A stretch of 64,000 nt of DNA. Source: Bacteroidales bacterium (GTDB taxonomy: Bacteria > Bacteroidota > Bacteroidia > Bacteroidales > UBA932). Location of the stretch: NCBI GenBank assembly GCA_017445755.1, contig JAFSSE010000030.1, forward strand, positions 7,890-71,889, read 5' to 3'. Under the pieces are notes generated by a model. The model did not search any database. It was not told the DNA's origin and was given only the letters and a program-made list of their open reading frames with translations. Position numbers and translations under genes: made by a program. How positions within the stretch are numbered: the stretch's first letter is position 1; each line of letters starts with the position of its first letter. Below are positions 1 to 9,879 of this stretch, one piece after another.

Positions 1-787
1 CGAATCCTTCGGGGTCCGCGTGGAGATCGTGACATATGACCAGTACAGCATCGAATCCTTCCGCGAGGCGTGCGACTCCGTGCTCGCGCACGGCCCCTCC
101 GGAGTGGTTGTAGCCCCGATGTTCCGGGCCGGGACCCTGAGGTTCGTAAGGGAACTTTCGGCGCGGGGAATACCCTATGTATATATTGACACCAAACTCG
201 ACGACGACGGCTACCTGGAGTTTTTCGGGCTGCCGATGTACGAAAGCGGATACCTCGGAGCGGATATTCTGACCCAGCGCTGCCGGGCGGGAATCAATAC
301 GGTCCTCAACGTCAGGATCAAGCGTGACAAGGACATGCTGTCCGACCCGACCATGCTCCGAAGGGCCGGATTCATGGACTACATAAAGGAGCACCTCCCC
401 CAATGCACCGTCCGGGACGTATGGATAAACCCCAATGACGAGGATGAGATCGCCCGGGTCATGGACGGAGAATTCGAATCCCTGCCGGAAAACCAGAGGA
501 ACCTCATCATGTTCAACTCCCGTGTCCACCTCGTCGCCTCATACCTGAAGAAACGGGGGCTGACAGGGTGCAACGTGGTCGGTTACGACATGCTCCGGAG
601 CAACCTCCGGGCCCTCAAGGACGGGACCGTCAGCTTCATTATCGCCCAGCACAGCGACCTCCAGGCGGCAAACGCCGTCCGGACCCTGGCCGAATACCTC
701 GCCTTCCGAAGGCCTGTCGCTCGGAAGGACCACTACTCCCAGATGGATATCTTAAACAAGCACAACTGCGATTATTATACCTTGTAA
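1..787 (+). CDS. LacI/GalR-family transcriptional regulator, sugar-binding domain (5'-truncated by window edge)
   Basis: The frame is open from position 2. It has periplasmic-binding-protein-like motifs (GIPYVYID, R..GF, VVGYD...N..AL..G.V...IAQ) typical of Bacteroidota LacI regulators. The HTH lies upstream of the window. Confidence 0.8.
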   Translation, partial: ESFGVRVEIVTYDQYSIESFREACDSVLAHGPSGVVVAPMFRAGTLRFVRELSARGIPYVYIDTKLDDDGYLEFFGLPMYESGYLGADILTQRCRAGINTVLNVRIKRDKDMLSDPTMLRRAGFMDYIKEHLPQCTVRDVWINPNDEDEIARVMDGEFESLPENQRNLIMFNSRVHLVASYLKKRGLTGCNVVGYDMLRSNLRALKDGTVSFIIAQHSDLQAANAVRTLAEYLAFRRPVARKDHYSQMDILNKHNCDYYTL

Positions 788-791
788 TATT

Positions 792-1247
792 ATGAAAAAA
801 CCGCTGATTTTCCTCGCCGCCGCCGCGGCTCTGCTGTTTTCCTGCCGTGATTCGGATCCGGTCAGGGAAGCCCTCCTAAAGCGCTCGGAAAATCTTTCCG
901 CCCCCGCTTCGGTCACCTATGATGCACCGAACTCGACAAGCGTGTCCCTTGCTGTTTACTGGGATGCGACAGAGCCGATTAACAACGGGGCCATATCCTT
1001 CCTCGTCCAGGTCTCGAACGACGAGTACTTCTTCAACGGGGACGGGGGATCGCTCATTGAAAGGACGGTCGATATCAGTTCCAGCCCCAATGACGCCGTA
1101 ATTATAACCGGGCTGACCTCGGGCCAGTCATATTTCCTGCGGGTGGCTGCAACCTATCCGGGACCCTCCCGTTCCGATTGGGCCTATCTTTCCGATGCGA
1201 GCGGGAAAACTTCCGCCGTCATTCCCGGAACCGGGCTGGTAAATTAA
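792..1247 (+). CDS. Small lipoprotein with fibronectin type III-like domain
   Basis: Lipobox LLFS-C; FN3 signature W...ITGLTSGQSYFLRVAA....S.W. Confidence 0.7.
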   Translation: MKKPLIFLAAAAALLFSCRDSDPVREALLKRSENLSAPASVTYDAPNSTSVSLAVYWDATEPINNGAISFLVQVSNDEYFFNGDGGSLIERTVDISSSPNDAVIITGLTSGQSYFLRVAATYPGPSRSDWAYLSDASGKTSAVIPGTGLVN

Positions 1248-1258
1248 GTATTTTTGTC

Positions 1259-3271
1259 ATGCGGCTCAGTTCACGTCTTCTTTCCGTACTTTCCGTACTT
1301 CTCGCCGTTTCATGCGCGGTGAAGGGCGGAGAGGAGGTCGTTCCCGGCGGGGAGACAACTCTCCCGGGACTCTCCTCCCTTACGGTTTCCGGGGCAGGAG
1401 GACGTAACCGCGCCGAAATCCGCTGGAGCGGCTGTCCGAAGGAAATCACCTCCCTCGCTGTGACCTTCGATGCGGCAAAGGGAGCCGTAGTACTGCCGAC
1501 AGGGGGCCTGGAGGAAGGTTCATCAATGGTTTCCGGGCTTTCGGAGCAGTCGGCGTCCTTCCCGGTCAGCGCCATTGCGGCGGACGGGACCGCCTATGAA
1601 ATCTCCCCCGTCAGGATTTCCGTCTACGGGGAAAGATACGAAAACTCACTCCCGGAAGGAAGCGCTTCCTGCATTTTCAGGGGAGCCGTCGCTTCTCTGG
1701 AACTCTCCCCTGTAAACCATTACTGCTTCAACGGTTACCGGATAAAATACACCTCGGTCTCTTCGGAAGAAAAGACCCTCTTTACAAGTAAGGATCAGAG
1801 CACGTCCGTCACGCTTACCGATGTCGGATCGGACATCACCGTCTCCCCCGCCTTCAAGCCGGAGGAAACCATGGAAGACCTCTTCTTCGGACCGGAGATC
1901 CTTCTCAAGCAGACCGACACCCCGGTGGAACTCCCCCTCAATGAGACCGTTGACGGATACCGTGGAATATGGTTCGACCTCGGACAGGCAGCGTCGAGCT
2001 ACGGTTCCAAATACTCCGGAGGGCTCGGAACCTATACCGTGAAGCATATCCCGATGGCAATTTATGCCCCGGCGGTAAACCGTACATATTTCGTCTATGG
2101 AGGGACCCCGGCGGCAGACCGGAAATACCTGCTCTGCATGGTCGGCTGCTATGACCACAATACCGGAATGTTGCAAAAGCCCCGCATCGTCATGGACAAG
2201 GGCGTCCTCGGCGTAGCAGACCCCCACGACGACCCGACCATCCAGATCGACCGGGACGGCTTCATATGGGTCTTTGTAGCAGGCCGCGGGAACAAGCGGA
2301 ACGGCGTCCGTTACCGCAGCCGCCTCCCCTATGACATCACCTCCTTCGAGTACATAAACGAAGATATCATGGCCTACCCCCAGGTCATGTACAACCCCGA
2401 CAAGGGCTTCTTCCTCTTCTTCACCCGCTACGACGGCACCCGGCAGCTGTTCTACAAGACCAGCGAAGACGGGGTCACATGGACCCCCCACCGCCAGCTG
2501 GCGAGCATAAAGGAAGGGACCGAGAAGAACTCCGGCCACTATCAGGTCAGCAATATCTGCGGGACAAAGCTCTGCACGGCCTTCAACCGCCACATAAACG
2601 GCAATGTGGATACCCGCACCAATATTTATTACGTCCAGTCCACCGACTGGGGACAGACTTGGACGACAGCCGACGGAACTCCAGTAACTGTTCCTGTCAC
2701 GGAGCGTTACTCCAACTGCCTCCTGAAGGACTACCAGTCCACTACGGAGACCCACAACTGCTACATCAAGGACCTCAACTTCGACAGCGCCGGAAACCCC
2801 ATAATCCTGTACCTCACCAGCAGGAACCACCTTACCGGGCCGGACGGAGGGACAAGGCAGTGGCATACCCTCCACTGGACTGGCTCCGAATGGGAGGAAG
2901 GGCTTATCACGACTTCCACCCACTGCTATGATTCCGGAGCCCTGTGGGTCGAAGGGAAGGACTGGGTGGTCATTGCTCCCACCGACCCGGGGCCCCAGTA
3001 CTGGGGAACCGGAGGCGAAGTAGTCAGGTGGAGGTCGTCCGACGAAGGGAAGACATGGGTAAGGGAGATGTCGCTAACCAGCGGGAGCGTCAACAACCAC
3101 AGTTACATGCGCCGCCCCTTCCGGGCCGCGGACGGCTTCTACAGCTTCTGGGCGGACGGAAATCCCGACTCCTTCACCCAGTCAAACCTTTATTTCTGCA
3201 CAAAGAGCGGCGTAGTTTACCGCATGCCTTACAATATGGATTCAGAATGGGCCCTGCCCGAAAGACTATAG
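1259..3271 (+). CDS. Lipoprotein: N-terminal DUF4998-like domain plus BNR-4-type beta-propeller (putative carbohydrate-active enzyme)
   Basis: Start moved to ATG 1259 (MRLSSRLL..LAVS-C lipobox). Asp-box motifs S.DG.TW, STDWGQTW and SSDEGKTW; DPHDDP motif; paralogous to 15504-16904. Confidence 0.75.
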   Translation: MRLSSRLLSVLSVLLAVSCAVKGGEEVVPGGETTLPGLSSLTVSGAGGRNRAEIRWSGCPKEITSLAVTFDAAKGAVVLPTGGLEEGSSMVSGLSEQSASFPVSAIAADGTAYEISPVRISVYGERYENSLPEGSASCIFRGAVASLELSPVNHYCFNGYRIKYTSVSSEEKTLFTSKDQSTSVTLTDVGSDITVSPAFKPEETMEDLFFGPEILLKQTDTPVELPLNETVDGYRGIWFDLGQAASSYGSKYSGGLGTYTVKHIPMAIYAPAVNRTYFVYGGTPAADRKYLLCMVGCYDHNTGMLQKPRIVMDKGVLGVADPHDDPTIQIDRDGFIWVFVAGRGNKRNGVRYRSRLPYDITSFEYINEDIMAYPQVMYNPDKGFFLFFTRYDGTRQLFYKTSEDGVTWTPHRQLASIKEGTEKNSGHYQVSNICGTKLCTAFNRHINGNVDTRTNIYYVQSTDWGQTWTTADGTPVTVPVTERYSNCLLKDYQSTTETHNCYIKDLNFDSAGNPIILYLTSRNHLTGPDGGTRQWHTLHWTGSEWEEGLITTSTHCYDSGALWVEGKDWVVIAPTDPGPQYWGTGGEVVRWRSSDEGKTWVREMSLTSGSVNNHSYMRRPFRAADGFYSFWADGNPDSFTQSNLYFCTKSGVVYRMPYNMDSEWALPERL

Positions 3272-3275
3272 CGCC

Positions 3276-4805
3276 ATGAAAAGATCATGTCTGATACTCC
3301 TGTCCATCTGCCTTCTCCTCTCCTGCGGCGAGGAGAAAAAGTCAACCATACCCCCGCCGGACAAGACTGAGGGCGGGTCTGCCGTTCCGGAGAACCTGAC
3401 TTCCCTCACCGTGTACGGCAAGGTCCTCGACGAGAAGGGAAACCCTTATGTCGGGGTTGTCATGACGGATGGATACAATTTTACGCTAACGGACGAAGAC
3501 GGCTTCTACCGGTTTGAGAAATACCGCTATGCCTCCTATGTCCAGTGCTCCATACCCTCAGATGCCGTCATTACGACCGGAGGCACCTACAACCTTCCCG
3601 AATGCCATTTCAAGCGGCTTACCTCGACAAGCCAGGAATACAATTTCACCTATACCCGGCAGGAGCCGGAGCTGCGGTTCCGCATACTTGCCCTCGGAGA
3701 CCCCCAGGTCGGTTCGGGAACCCATGTAACCCGCTACCTCCAGACGGCGGTCCCGGATGTTCGCCAGTATGTGGTTAACAGCGAGAAGATTCCGACCTAC
3801 GGCATGACGCTCGGTGACAATGTCGGAAACGCCTGGGAACTCTTCCCGGACATCGCCGACGCCCTCGGAAAAATGTCTGTCCCGGTTTTCGCGACAATCG
3901 GGAACCATGACCACGAATTCCCGACCGAGAACGAAACGGCGTCCAGGAAAAAGTACGAGCAGGTCTTCGGCCCGTCCAACTACTCCTTCAACCGGGGCAA
4001 CTACCATATTGTCTCTTTCGACGACGTGCTCTTCGAGGGTACGGCCTCTTCCGCCTATACGGAAGGGTACGAGGAGTGGCAGTATGAGTGGCTCAAGAAC
4101 GACCTCAGCTACGTCTCCACCGACAAGAGCGTCGTATTCTGCACCCATATTCCCCTGAAGAACACCCGGATCCTCGAGCTGCTTTCCCCATTCAAGAGCG
4201 TCATCGCCATGTTCGGCCACACCCATAAAGTTGAAAACACCTACAACAAGACCGTCAATGGCAATACCTTCTATATGAGCGCGGTAGGATCAACCGGAGC
4301 TCCCTGGAAGGGGCTTGTCCTTTCGGACGGGTGCATGAGGGGATACAAGGTTTACGAATTTACCGGAAACACTCTCTCCCGCGAAATATACAAGAGCATA
4401 ACACTCGGGGAGGATTTCCAGATCCGGATGTTCCGGACGAACGACTTCCCCGCCTTCACCACCCCGACCGGAATCGTATATAAGTTCGCATATTACGGAA
4501 ACGACTATATAGCCGTAAATGTATTCAACTACAAGAGCAACTGGAAAGTGTCCCTCTGGGAGGACGGAGTAATGACATCTTCCTCTCCCGTCGTCAAGGC
4601 CTCCTATGACATGTGGGTGAAGATGTTCCTTTACCGGTATTACAACCGCGACAATAATGTCGGCGTAACGGACCATATGCTCTTTTTCCGGCTTAAGAAT
4701 CCTTCGGCCGCGTCCATCCGGGTGGAGGCCACCGACGAGTACGGTGTCACCTATACCTGCGACACCTTCACAACGGACAAGGAGATTCCCGATTACAATG
4801 ATTAG
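3276..4805 (+). CDS. Calcineurin-like metallophosphoesterase lipoprotein (MetallophosN/Metallophos/MetallophosC architecture)
   Basis: Lipobox LLS-C; GVVMTDG..T.TD.DG N-terminal domain; catalytic motifs DPQ, GD, GNHD, H and GHTH. Confidence 0.85.
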   Translation: MKRSCLILLSICLLLSCGEEKKSTIPPPDKTEGGSAVPENLTSLTVYGKVLDEKGNPYVGVVMTDGYNFTLTDEDGFYRFEKYRYASYVQCSIPSDAVITTGGTYNLPECHFKRLTSTSQEYNFTYTRQEPELRFRILALGDPQVGSGTHVTRYLQTAVPDVRQYVVNSEKIPTYGMTLGDNVGNAWELFPDIADALGKMSVPVFATIGNHDHEFPTENETASRKKYEQVFGPSNYSFNRGNYHIVSFDDVLFEGTASSAYTEGYEEWQYEWLKNDLSYVSTDKSVVFCTHIPLKNTRILELLSPFKSVIAMFGHTHKVENTYNKTVNGNTFYMSAVGSTGAPWKGLVLSDGCMRGYKVYEFTGNTLSREIYKSITLGEDFQIRMFRTNDFPAFTTPTGIVYKFAYYGNDYIAVNVFNYKSNWKVSLWEDGVMTSSSPVVKASYDMWVKMFLYRYYNRDNNVGVTDHMLFFRLKNPSAASIRVEATDEYGVTYTCDTFTTDKEIPDYND

Positions 4806-4826
4806 CATCCTTATCAGTTCCATCAT

Positions 4827-7800
4827 ATGAAACTATCAATCAAGTATTTCCTGATGATTTTGGCAGTCCTCTGCGCCACGCTCGGGGCCTATGCCCAGGG
4901 CGGGCGGCAGAAGATTACCGTGTCCGGAACGGTCGTCGATGACCTCGGGCCCGTCGTCGGTGCCACAGTCACCGTCAAGGGGCACCCGGAACTCGGCGGC
5001 AAGGTTACCGGGCCAGACGGGGGATTCATCTTTTCCTTCCAGGGAGGAATGACCCTGCAGGTATCCTGCATCGGGTACAAGACGGAGGAAAAGAGCTTCA
5101 CCTCATCGACAGACTGGTACGTCGTCCTCGAGGAAGACTCCATCCTCCTGGACGAAGTCATAGCCGTCGGCTATGGCACCCAGAGGAAGGAGAGTGTGGT
5201 CGGATCCATCTCCCAGGTCACCTCCGACGCGCTCGTGAACTCCGGAACGACCAACATTACGAACGCCCTCGCCGGTAAGCTGGCCGGAGTCATGACCTAC
5301 CAGAGCAGCGGCCAGCCGGGCAACAACGACGCGACGATTTTCATCCGCGGACTCAGCAGCTGGAACGGTTCCTCCCCGCTTGTCATGGTAGACGGAATCG
5401 AGCGTTCCTTCTCGGAACTGGATCCCAACGAGGTCCAGACCATTTCCGTGCTGAAGGACGCCTCGGCCACCGCGGTCTTCGGTGCAAAGGGTGCCAACGG
5501 CGTCATTCTGGTAACCACGAAAACCGGCATGAAGGGAGCCCCGAAGATGAAACTCAGCGTGGACTATGGCGTTTCGACCCCGGAATCGCTCCCGGACTAT
5601 ATCGACGCCGGGACCATCGCGGAGATGGCCAATGTCGCGAGGAAGAACGAGCAGTCCTTCAACGCCCTGTTCTCAGACGATGTGATCGCGGCCTACCGCA
5701 GCGGCTCCAATCCCCTCCGCTACCCCTCCAACGACTGGTTCAGGATGCTCCTGAAGGACACGGCCCAGGACCTCAGCGCCAACTACAGCATCAGCGGTGG
5801 AAGTGATAAGGTAAAATACTTCGTTTCAGTTAGTTATACCCATGAAGGGTCCATTGTCCAGCAGGTCAACAACTGGAGCGGAACCCGTTTTAACTATAAC
5901 CGTGTCAACTACCGCTCGAACCTGGACTTCCAGGTCACCCCTTCGACCCTCCTGTCCCTGAAGGTGGGCGGCAATACCGGCATTGTCCAGAACCCGAACA
6001 ACTCTTCGGTCGCCGGGCTCTTCACGACGATGTACAACGCCTCCCCGATGATGTTCCCGGCCTACTTCCCGGAATCGGCCCTCGTGGAGATTCCCGACAC
6101 GGACTATCCGGACGCCTCCGGGCGGCGCCTCTCCGACAACAACGGCGCCTATGCGTCCAACCCCTATACGGTCCTCGCCTCCGGAGACTTCGTCCAGACG
6201 ACGACCTCCAAGCTCAATACCGACGCCGTCCTTAAACAGGACCTGGACTTTATTACGGAAGGTCTTTACCTCAAGGCACTTGTTTCCCTGACAAGCACCT
6301 ATTCCAAGTATTCCCAGCAGGGCAGCCAGTCCTATCCCCAGTACCGCATCGACTGGGACGCCTATGAAATCGGGGCCAATCCCTGGATATCTTCGAAGGC
6401 GTCCAGCTATGTCTATGTCGAGCCGCCAATCGCAATCACCCACAGCGGCACGGCCCGGAGTACGGGACTCATCTTCTACTGGGAGACCTCGCTGAACTAC
6501 GCCAGGAAATTCAAGAAGGCCCACAATGTCTCGGCCCTCGTCCTCTTCAACCAGAGGGAGTACCTCTCCGGCGCCAGCTTCCCCCACAGGGGACAGGGAG
6601 TCGTCGGCCGCGTCACATATGATTACAAGGGTAAATACCTCTTCGAAGGTAACCTCGGCGTGACGGGTTCGGAGCAGTTCGCCCCTTCATACCGTTACGG
6701 CATCTTCCCCTCCCTAGCGGTCGGCTACTATGTCTCGAAGGAGAAGTTCTGGAAGAAGGCCATGCCGTGGTGGAGCACCATGAAGATACGCTACTCCGAC
6801 GGAACCGTCGGTAGCGACAACAGCTCCGACAACTGGCTCTACTACTCCTCCTACATAAAGAGCGGCGGAAACATCATCGAGATGAAGTCGGCCAATGTCA
6901 CGGCCCGCTGGGAAACCGCCCATAAGAGGGACCTCGGCATCGAAATGGGATGGCTCAAGGACGCCCTGACCTTCAATGTCGATCTCTATGACGAGAACCG
7001 CTACGACATGCTGGTGACCCCGCAGAACGTGACCCCCTTCGTCGGCATCGCCTACAAGGACGTCAACAGCGGCAAGATGAAAAAGCACGGCATCGACTTT
7101 GAGCTGAAATGGAGGAAGACCACCGCGAGGAAGTTCTACTACGAGATTGGCGGGATGACGGGCATCAATGAGAACCGCATCACCGCCTATGCAGACCCGC
7201 CCTATACTCCTGAATATCAGAAGGTTGCCGGAAAGGCATACATGTCCCAGAGCAACGGTATGACCTCCATCGACGGTGGCTACTACAATACCATCGACGA
7301 GATCCACGGATATCCCTCTACGCTCACGAACTGGACCAACATGTATACCGGAACCTACAAGCTCCTGGACTTCAACGGGGACGGACTGATCAATTCTACG
7401 GACCTCCACGCAGTCTACGGGAGCGCCTATTCCCCGGTCACCTATTCCTTCAACCTGGGGCTCGGCTACAAGGGATTCTCCTTCAACATGCTCTGGTACG
7501 GAAACGCCGGGAAGTGGATCGACTTCAACCGTGGATACGAGAAGGAATTCATCAAATCCGACCTGACGGTCCACAAGGCCCAGCTCGACTACTGGACCCC
7601 GACCAACCGGAACGCCTCCCACAACAACCTGTCCTTCAACGACGCCTATTATTCCAGCTTCGGAGGAACGGGAACCAACGGCTTCAACATGGCCCTTCCG
7701 GGACACACGTGGAGGAGGTCCGACTACCTCACCCTGAAGGAGCTCTACATCTCCTACAAGTTCGACGGTCCGACCGTCAACAAGATCCTCGGACTGAGGG

Positions 7801-7940
7801 GACTGTCCGTCACGGCGACGGCCAACAACCTCCTGACCTTCTCCGGCCTCGTCGAGGGCAACCCGCAGAGGACCTCCCTCGCCTCCAGCTACTACCCGCT
7901 GATGCGGTCCTTCAAACTCGGTGTCAAACTGGATTTCTAA
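4827..7940 (+). CDS. susC: SusC/RagA TonB-dependent transporter (copy 1)
   Basis: N-terminal extension (VSGTVVDD..GATV); VAVGYGTQ; plug motif ISVLKDASATAVFGAKGANGVILVTTK; C-terminal Phe. Confidence 0.95.
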   Translation: MKLSIKYFLMILAVLCATLGAYAQGGRQKITVSGTVVDDLGPVVGATVTVKGHPELGGKVTGPDGGFIFSFQGGMTLQVSCIGYKTEEKSFTSSTDWYVVLEEDSILLDEVIAVGYGTQRKESVVGSISQVTSDALVNSGTTNITNALAGKLAGVMTYQSSGQPGNNDATIFIRGLSSWNGSSPLVMVDGIERSFSELDPNEVQTISVLKDASATAVFGAKGANGVILVTTKTGMKGAPKMKLSVDYGVSTPESLPDYIDAGTIAEMANVARKNEQSFNALFSDDVIAAYRSGSNPLRYPSNDWFRMLLKDTAQDLSANYSISGGSDKVKYFVSVSYTHEGSIVQQVNNWSGTRFNYNRVNYRSNLDFQVTPSTLLSLKVGGNTGIVQNPNNSSVAGLFTTMYNASPMMFPAYFPESALVEIPDTDYPDASGRRLSDNNGAYASNPYTVLASGDFVQTTTSKLNTDAVLKQDLDFITEGLYLKALVSLTSTYSKYSQQGSQSYPQYRIDWDAYEIGANPWISSKASSYVYVEPPIAITHSGTARSTGLIFYWETSLNYARKFKKAHNVSALVLFNQREYLSGASFPHRGQGVVGRVTYDYKGKYLFEGNLGVTGSEQFAPSYRYGIFPSLAVGYYVSKEKFWKKAMPWWSTMKIRYSDGTVGSDNSSDNWLYYSSYIKSGGNIIEMKSANVTARWETAHKRDLGIEMGWLKDALTFNVDLYDENRYDMLVTPQNVTPFVGIAYKDVNSGKMKKHGIDFELKWRKTTARKFYYEIGGMTGINENRITAYADPPYTPEYQKVAGKAYMSQSNGMTSIDGGYYNTIDEIHGYPSTLTNWTNMYTGTYKLLDFNGDGLINSTDLHAVYGSAYSPVTYSFNLGLGYKGFSFNMLWYGNAGKWIDFNRGYEKEFIKSDLTVHKAQLDYWTPTNRNASHNNLSFNDAYYSSFGGTGTNGFNMALPGHTWRRSDYLTLKELYISYKFDGPTVNKILGLRGLSVTATANNLLTFSGLVEGNPQRTSLASSYYPLMRSFKLGVKLDF

Positions 7941-7946
7941 AGGGAT

Positions 7947-9878
7947 ATGCTTATGAAAAAGATAACCAAAATCCTGCTTGCATGCTTTATGGCCCTCTCT
8001 TTTGCGGGCTGCAACTATTTGGATGTCGATTCCGAACTCGGACTTACCGAGGAGGATGTCTTCTCCACAACCAAGAATTTCAAAGCTTACTTCAATACCA
8101 TCTTCTCGGACGGTGCCGAATATACATTCAGGAATATCCACTGCGGCTATCCGCTCTTCATCGACTGGAACCGTTACCGCTTCACCTGGGTAAGCGCGAC
8201 CGATGCCGCAGACCCCGGACGTTATATCAGGGCCCAGTATGAGCTCAAGGCCTGCAACATGACGGACGGCGTCCTGGAGAGTTTCAGTTTCTGCCCCCTG
8301 AAAAGCAAGAGCAACGGGGACGTAGACCTGAAATCGAGCGCGGACAAGCCGATCGCCTATGCCATGTTCAATATAATAAGGATAGCCAACCGCTCCCTCG
8401 AGAACATGGACAAGCTTACCAACGCGACGGAGATGGAACGGCTGGACCTGACCGGCCAGGCCTACTTCGTCAGGGGATATGCCCATATGGTGCTGTGCAA
8501 CTGGTTCGGCGGGATGCCCTATCTCGACCATGCCCTGACAGGCGAAGACGAATGGGACCTGCCGAGGGAGAGCGCGAAGTCCACGTATGAAAAGGCGGCC
8601 GCCGACCTTTATACCGCCTACGAATACCTGAAAAAGGCCGGAAAGATGCGCCGGGACGCCCTCCCGGGACAGAGCGGCCACCTCACCAGTTCCGAACTCT
8701 ACCTCCCCAGCGGCTGCTGCTGCCTCGCTTTCCGGGCAAGGGCCCTGCTCTACGCTGCAAGCCCGCTTGCCAACGAAACCGGGGACGCCGACGCATGGAG
8801 GGCTGCTTCAGAGGCCGCGGCGGAAGCGCTGCTCGCCGCAGAGGAATGGCAGTACGAGATGCTCCCGCTCGAGAATTACTCCGACAACTTCTACGGCCAG
8901 ATGTCCACAAACGAGACCCTCTTCGGTTATTACCACAAGTCAAAGATCAACATCGGCAACTGGTCCGCCTTCCTAAGCTATCCCCAGTGCATGTCCTCGA
9001 CGGCCTCCGGAACCTGCCCCACCCAGAATTTCGTCGATAAGTTCGAAACCCTCGACGGCTACCCGCTCAATACCGCCGAAGACAGGGCCAAGGCGACCGC
9101 CGCGGGAAGCTACATGGAACAGAACATGTACGCCAACCGCGATCCCCGTCTGGACATCTGCGTGGTCCGGGACGGAAGCCAGACCCCCTATGTCACCGGA
9201 GTGATAAACATCTACTATGATCCGGTCTCCAAGACCTTCCCGACGACGACTATCTCCGGCGTCAGCCAGCAGTTCAGCCAGACCAAGGGCTGGGGCGGGG
9301 ATGATTCCGCTACCAAGGCCTATACCAATACCGGCTACTACTGCAACAAGCACTGGAGAGGCGCCCGCGGCGACAAGGACGCATCGCACTACCACTTGGA
9401 CCCTCTCTTCCGCATGGCTGAGCTCTATCTCGACTATGCCGAAGCGGTCAACGAGTACGCCGGCCCCCTCGGAACAGCCGGAGGATGTACCCTTACCGCG
9501 GTTGACGCCATAAACAGGGTCCGCTCGAGGGTAGGCGTAGCCGCCGTCCACTCCGAGTTCACCGCCGACAAGGACAAGTTCCGCGAGAGGATCAGGAACG
9601 AAAGGAACGTCGAACTCGCCTATGAAGGCAACCACTACTACTTCGACATCCGCCGCTGGAAGATCGCACCCGAAACCATGACCCAGACCCTCTACGGCAT
9701 GTGGGTGGAGTCCTGCCCCGTCGACGCAGCCCATCCTGCGGGCCGCGTGTACGAGAGGAGGGAACTTCCCGCCAACCGCAACCTCAGGACATGGAAGGAC
9801 TGCATGTACTATCTCCCCTTCCCGGACGCCCAGGCGAATACGATGAAGAATTTTGTCAACTGGCAAAAATGGCAGTAA
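7947..9878 (+). CDS. susD: SusD/RagB lipoprotein (copy 1)
   Basis: Lipobox FAG-C then NYLD; RDPRL; R.AELYLDYAEA; IRNERNVELAYEG..YFDIRRW. The start may be 7953. Confidence 0.93.
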   Translation: MLMKKITKILLACFMALSFAGCNYLDVDSELGLTEEDVFSTTKNFKAYFNTIFSDGAEYTFRNIHCGYPLFIDWNRYRFTWVSATDAADPGRYIRAQYELKACNMTDGVLESFSFCPLKSKSNGDVDLKSSADKPIAYAMFNIIRIANRSLENMDKLTNATEMERLDLTGQAYFVRGYAHMVLCNWFGGMPYLDHALTGEDEWDLPRESAKSTYEKAAADLYTAYEYLKKAGKMRRDALPGQSGHLTSSELYLPSGCCCLAFRARALLYAASPLANETGDADAWRAASEAAAEALLAAEEWQYEMLPLENYSDNFYGQMSTNETLFGYYHKSKINIGNWSAFLSYPQCMSSTASGTCPTQNFVDKFETLDGYPLNTAEDRAKATAAGSYMEQNMYANRDPRLDICVVRDGSQTPYVTGVINIYYDPVSKTFPTTTISGVSQQFSQTKGWGGDDSATKAYTNTGYYCNKHWRGARGDKDASHYHLDPLFRMAELYLDYAEAVNEYAGPLGTAGGCTLTAVDAINRVRSRVGVAAVHSEFTADKDKFRERIRNERNVELAYEGNHYYFDIRRWKIAPETMTQTLYGMWVESCPVDAAHPAGRVYERRELPANRNLRTWKDCMYYLPFPDAQANTMKNFVNWQKWQ

Positions 9879-9879
9879 T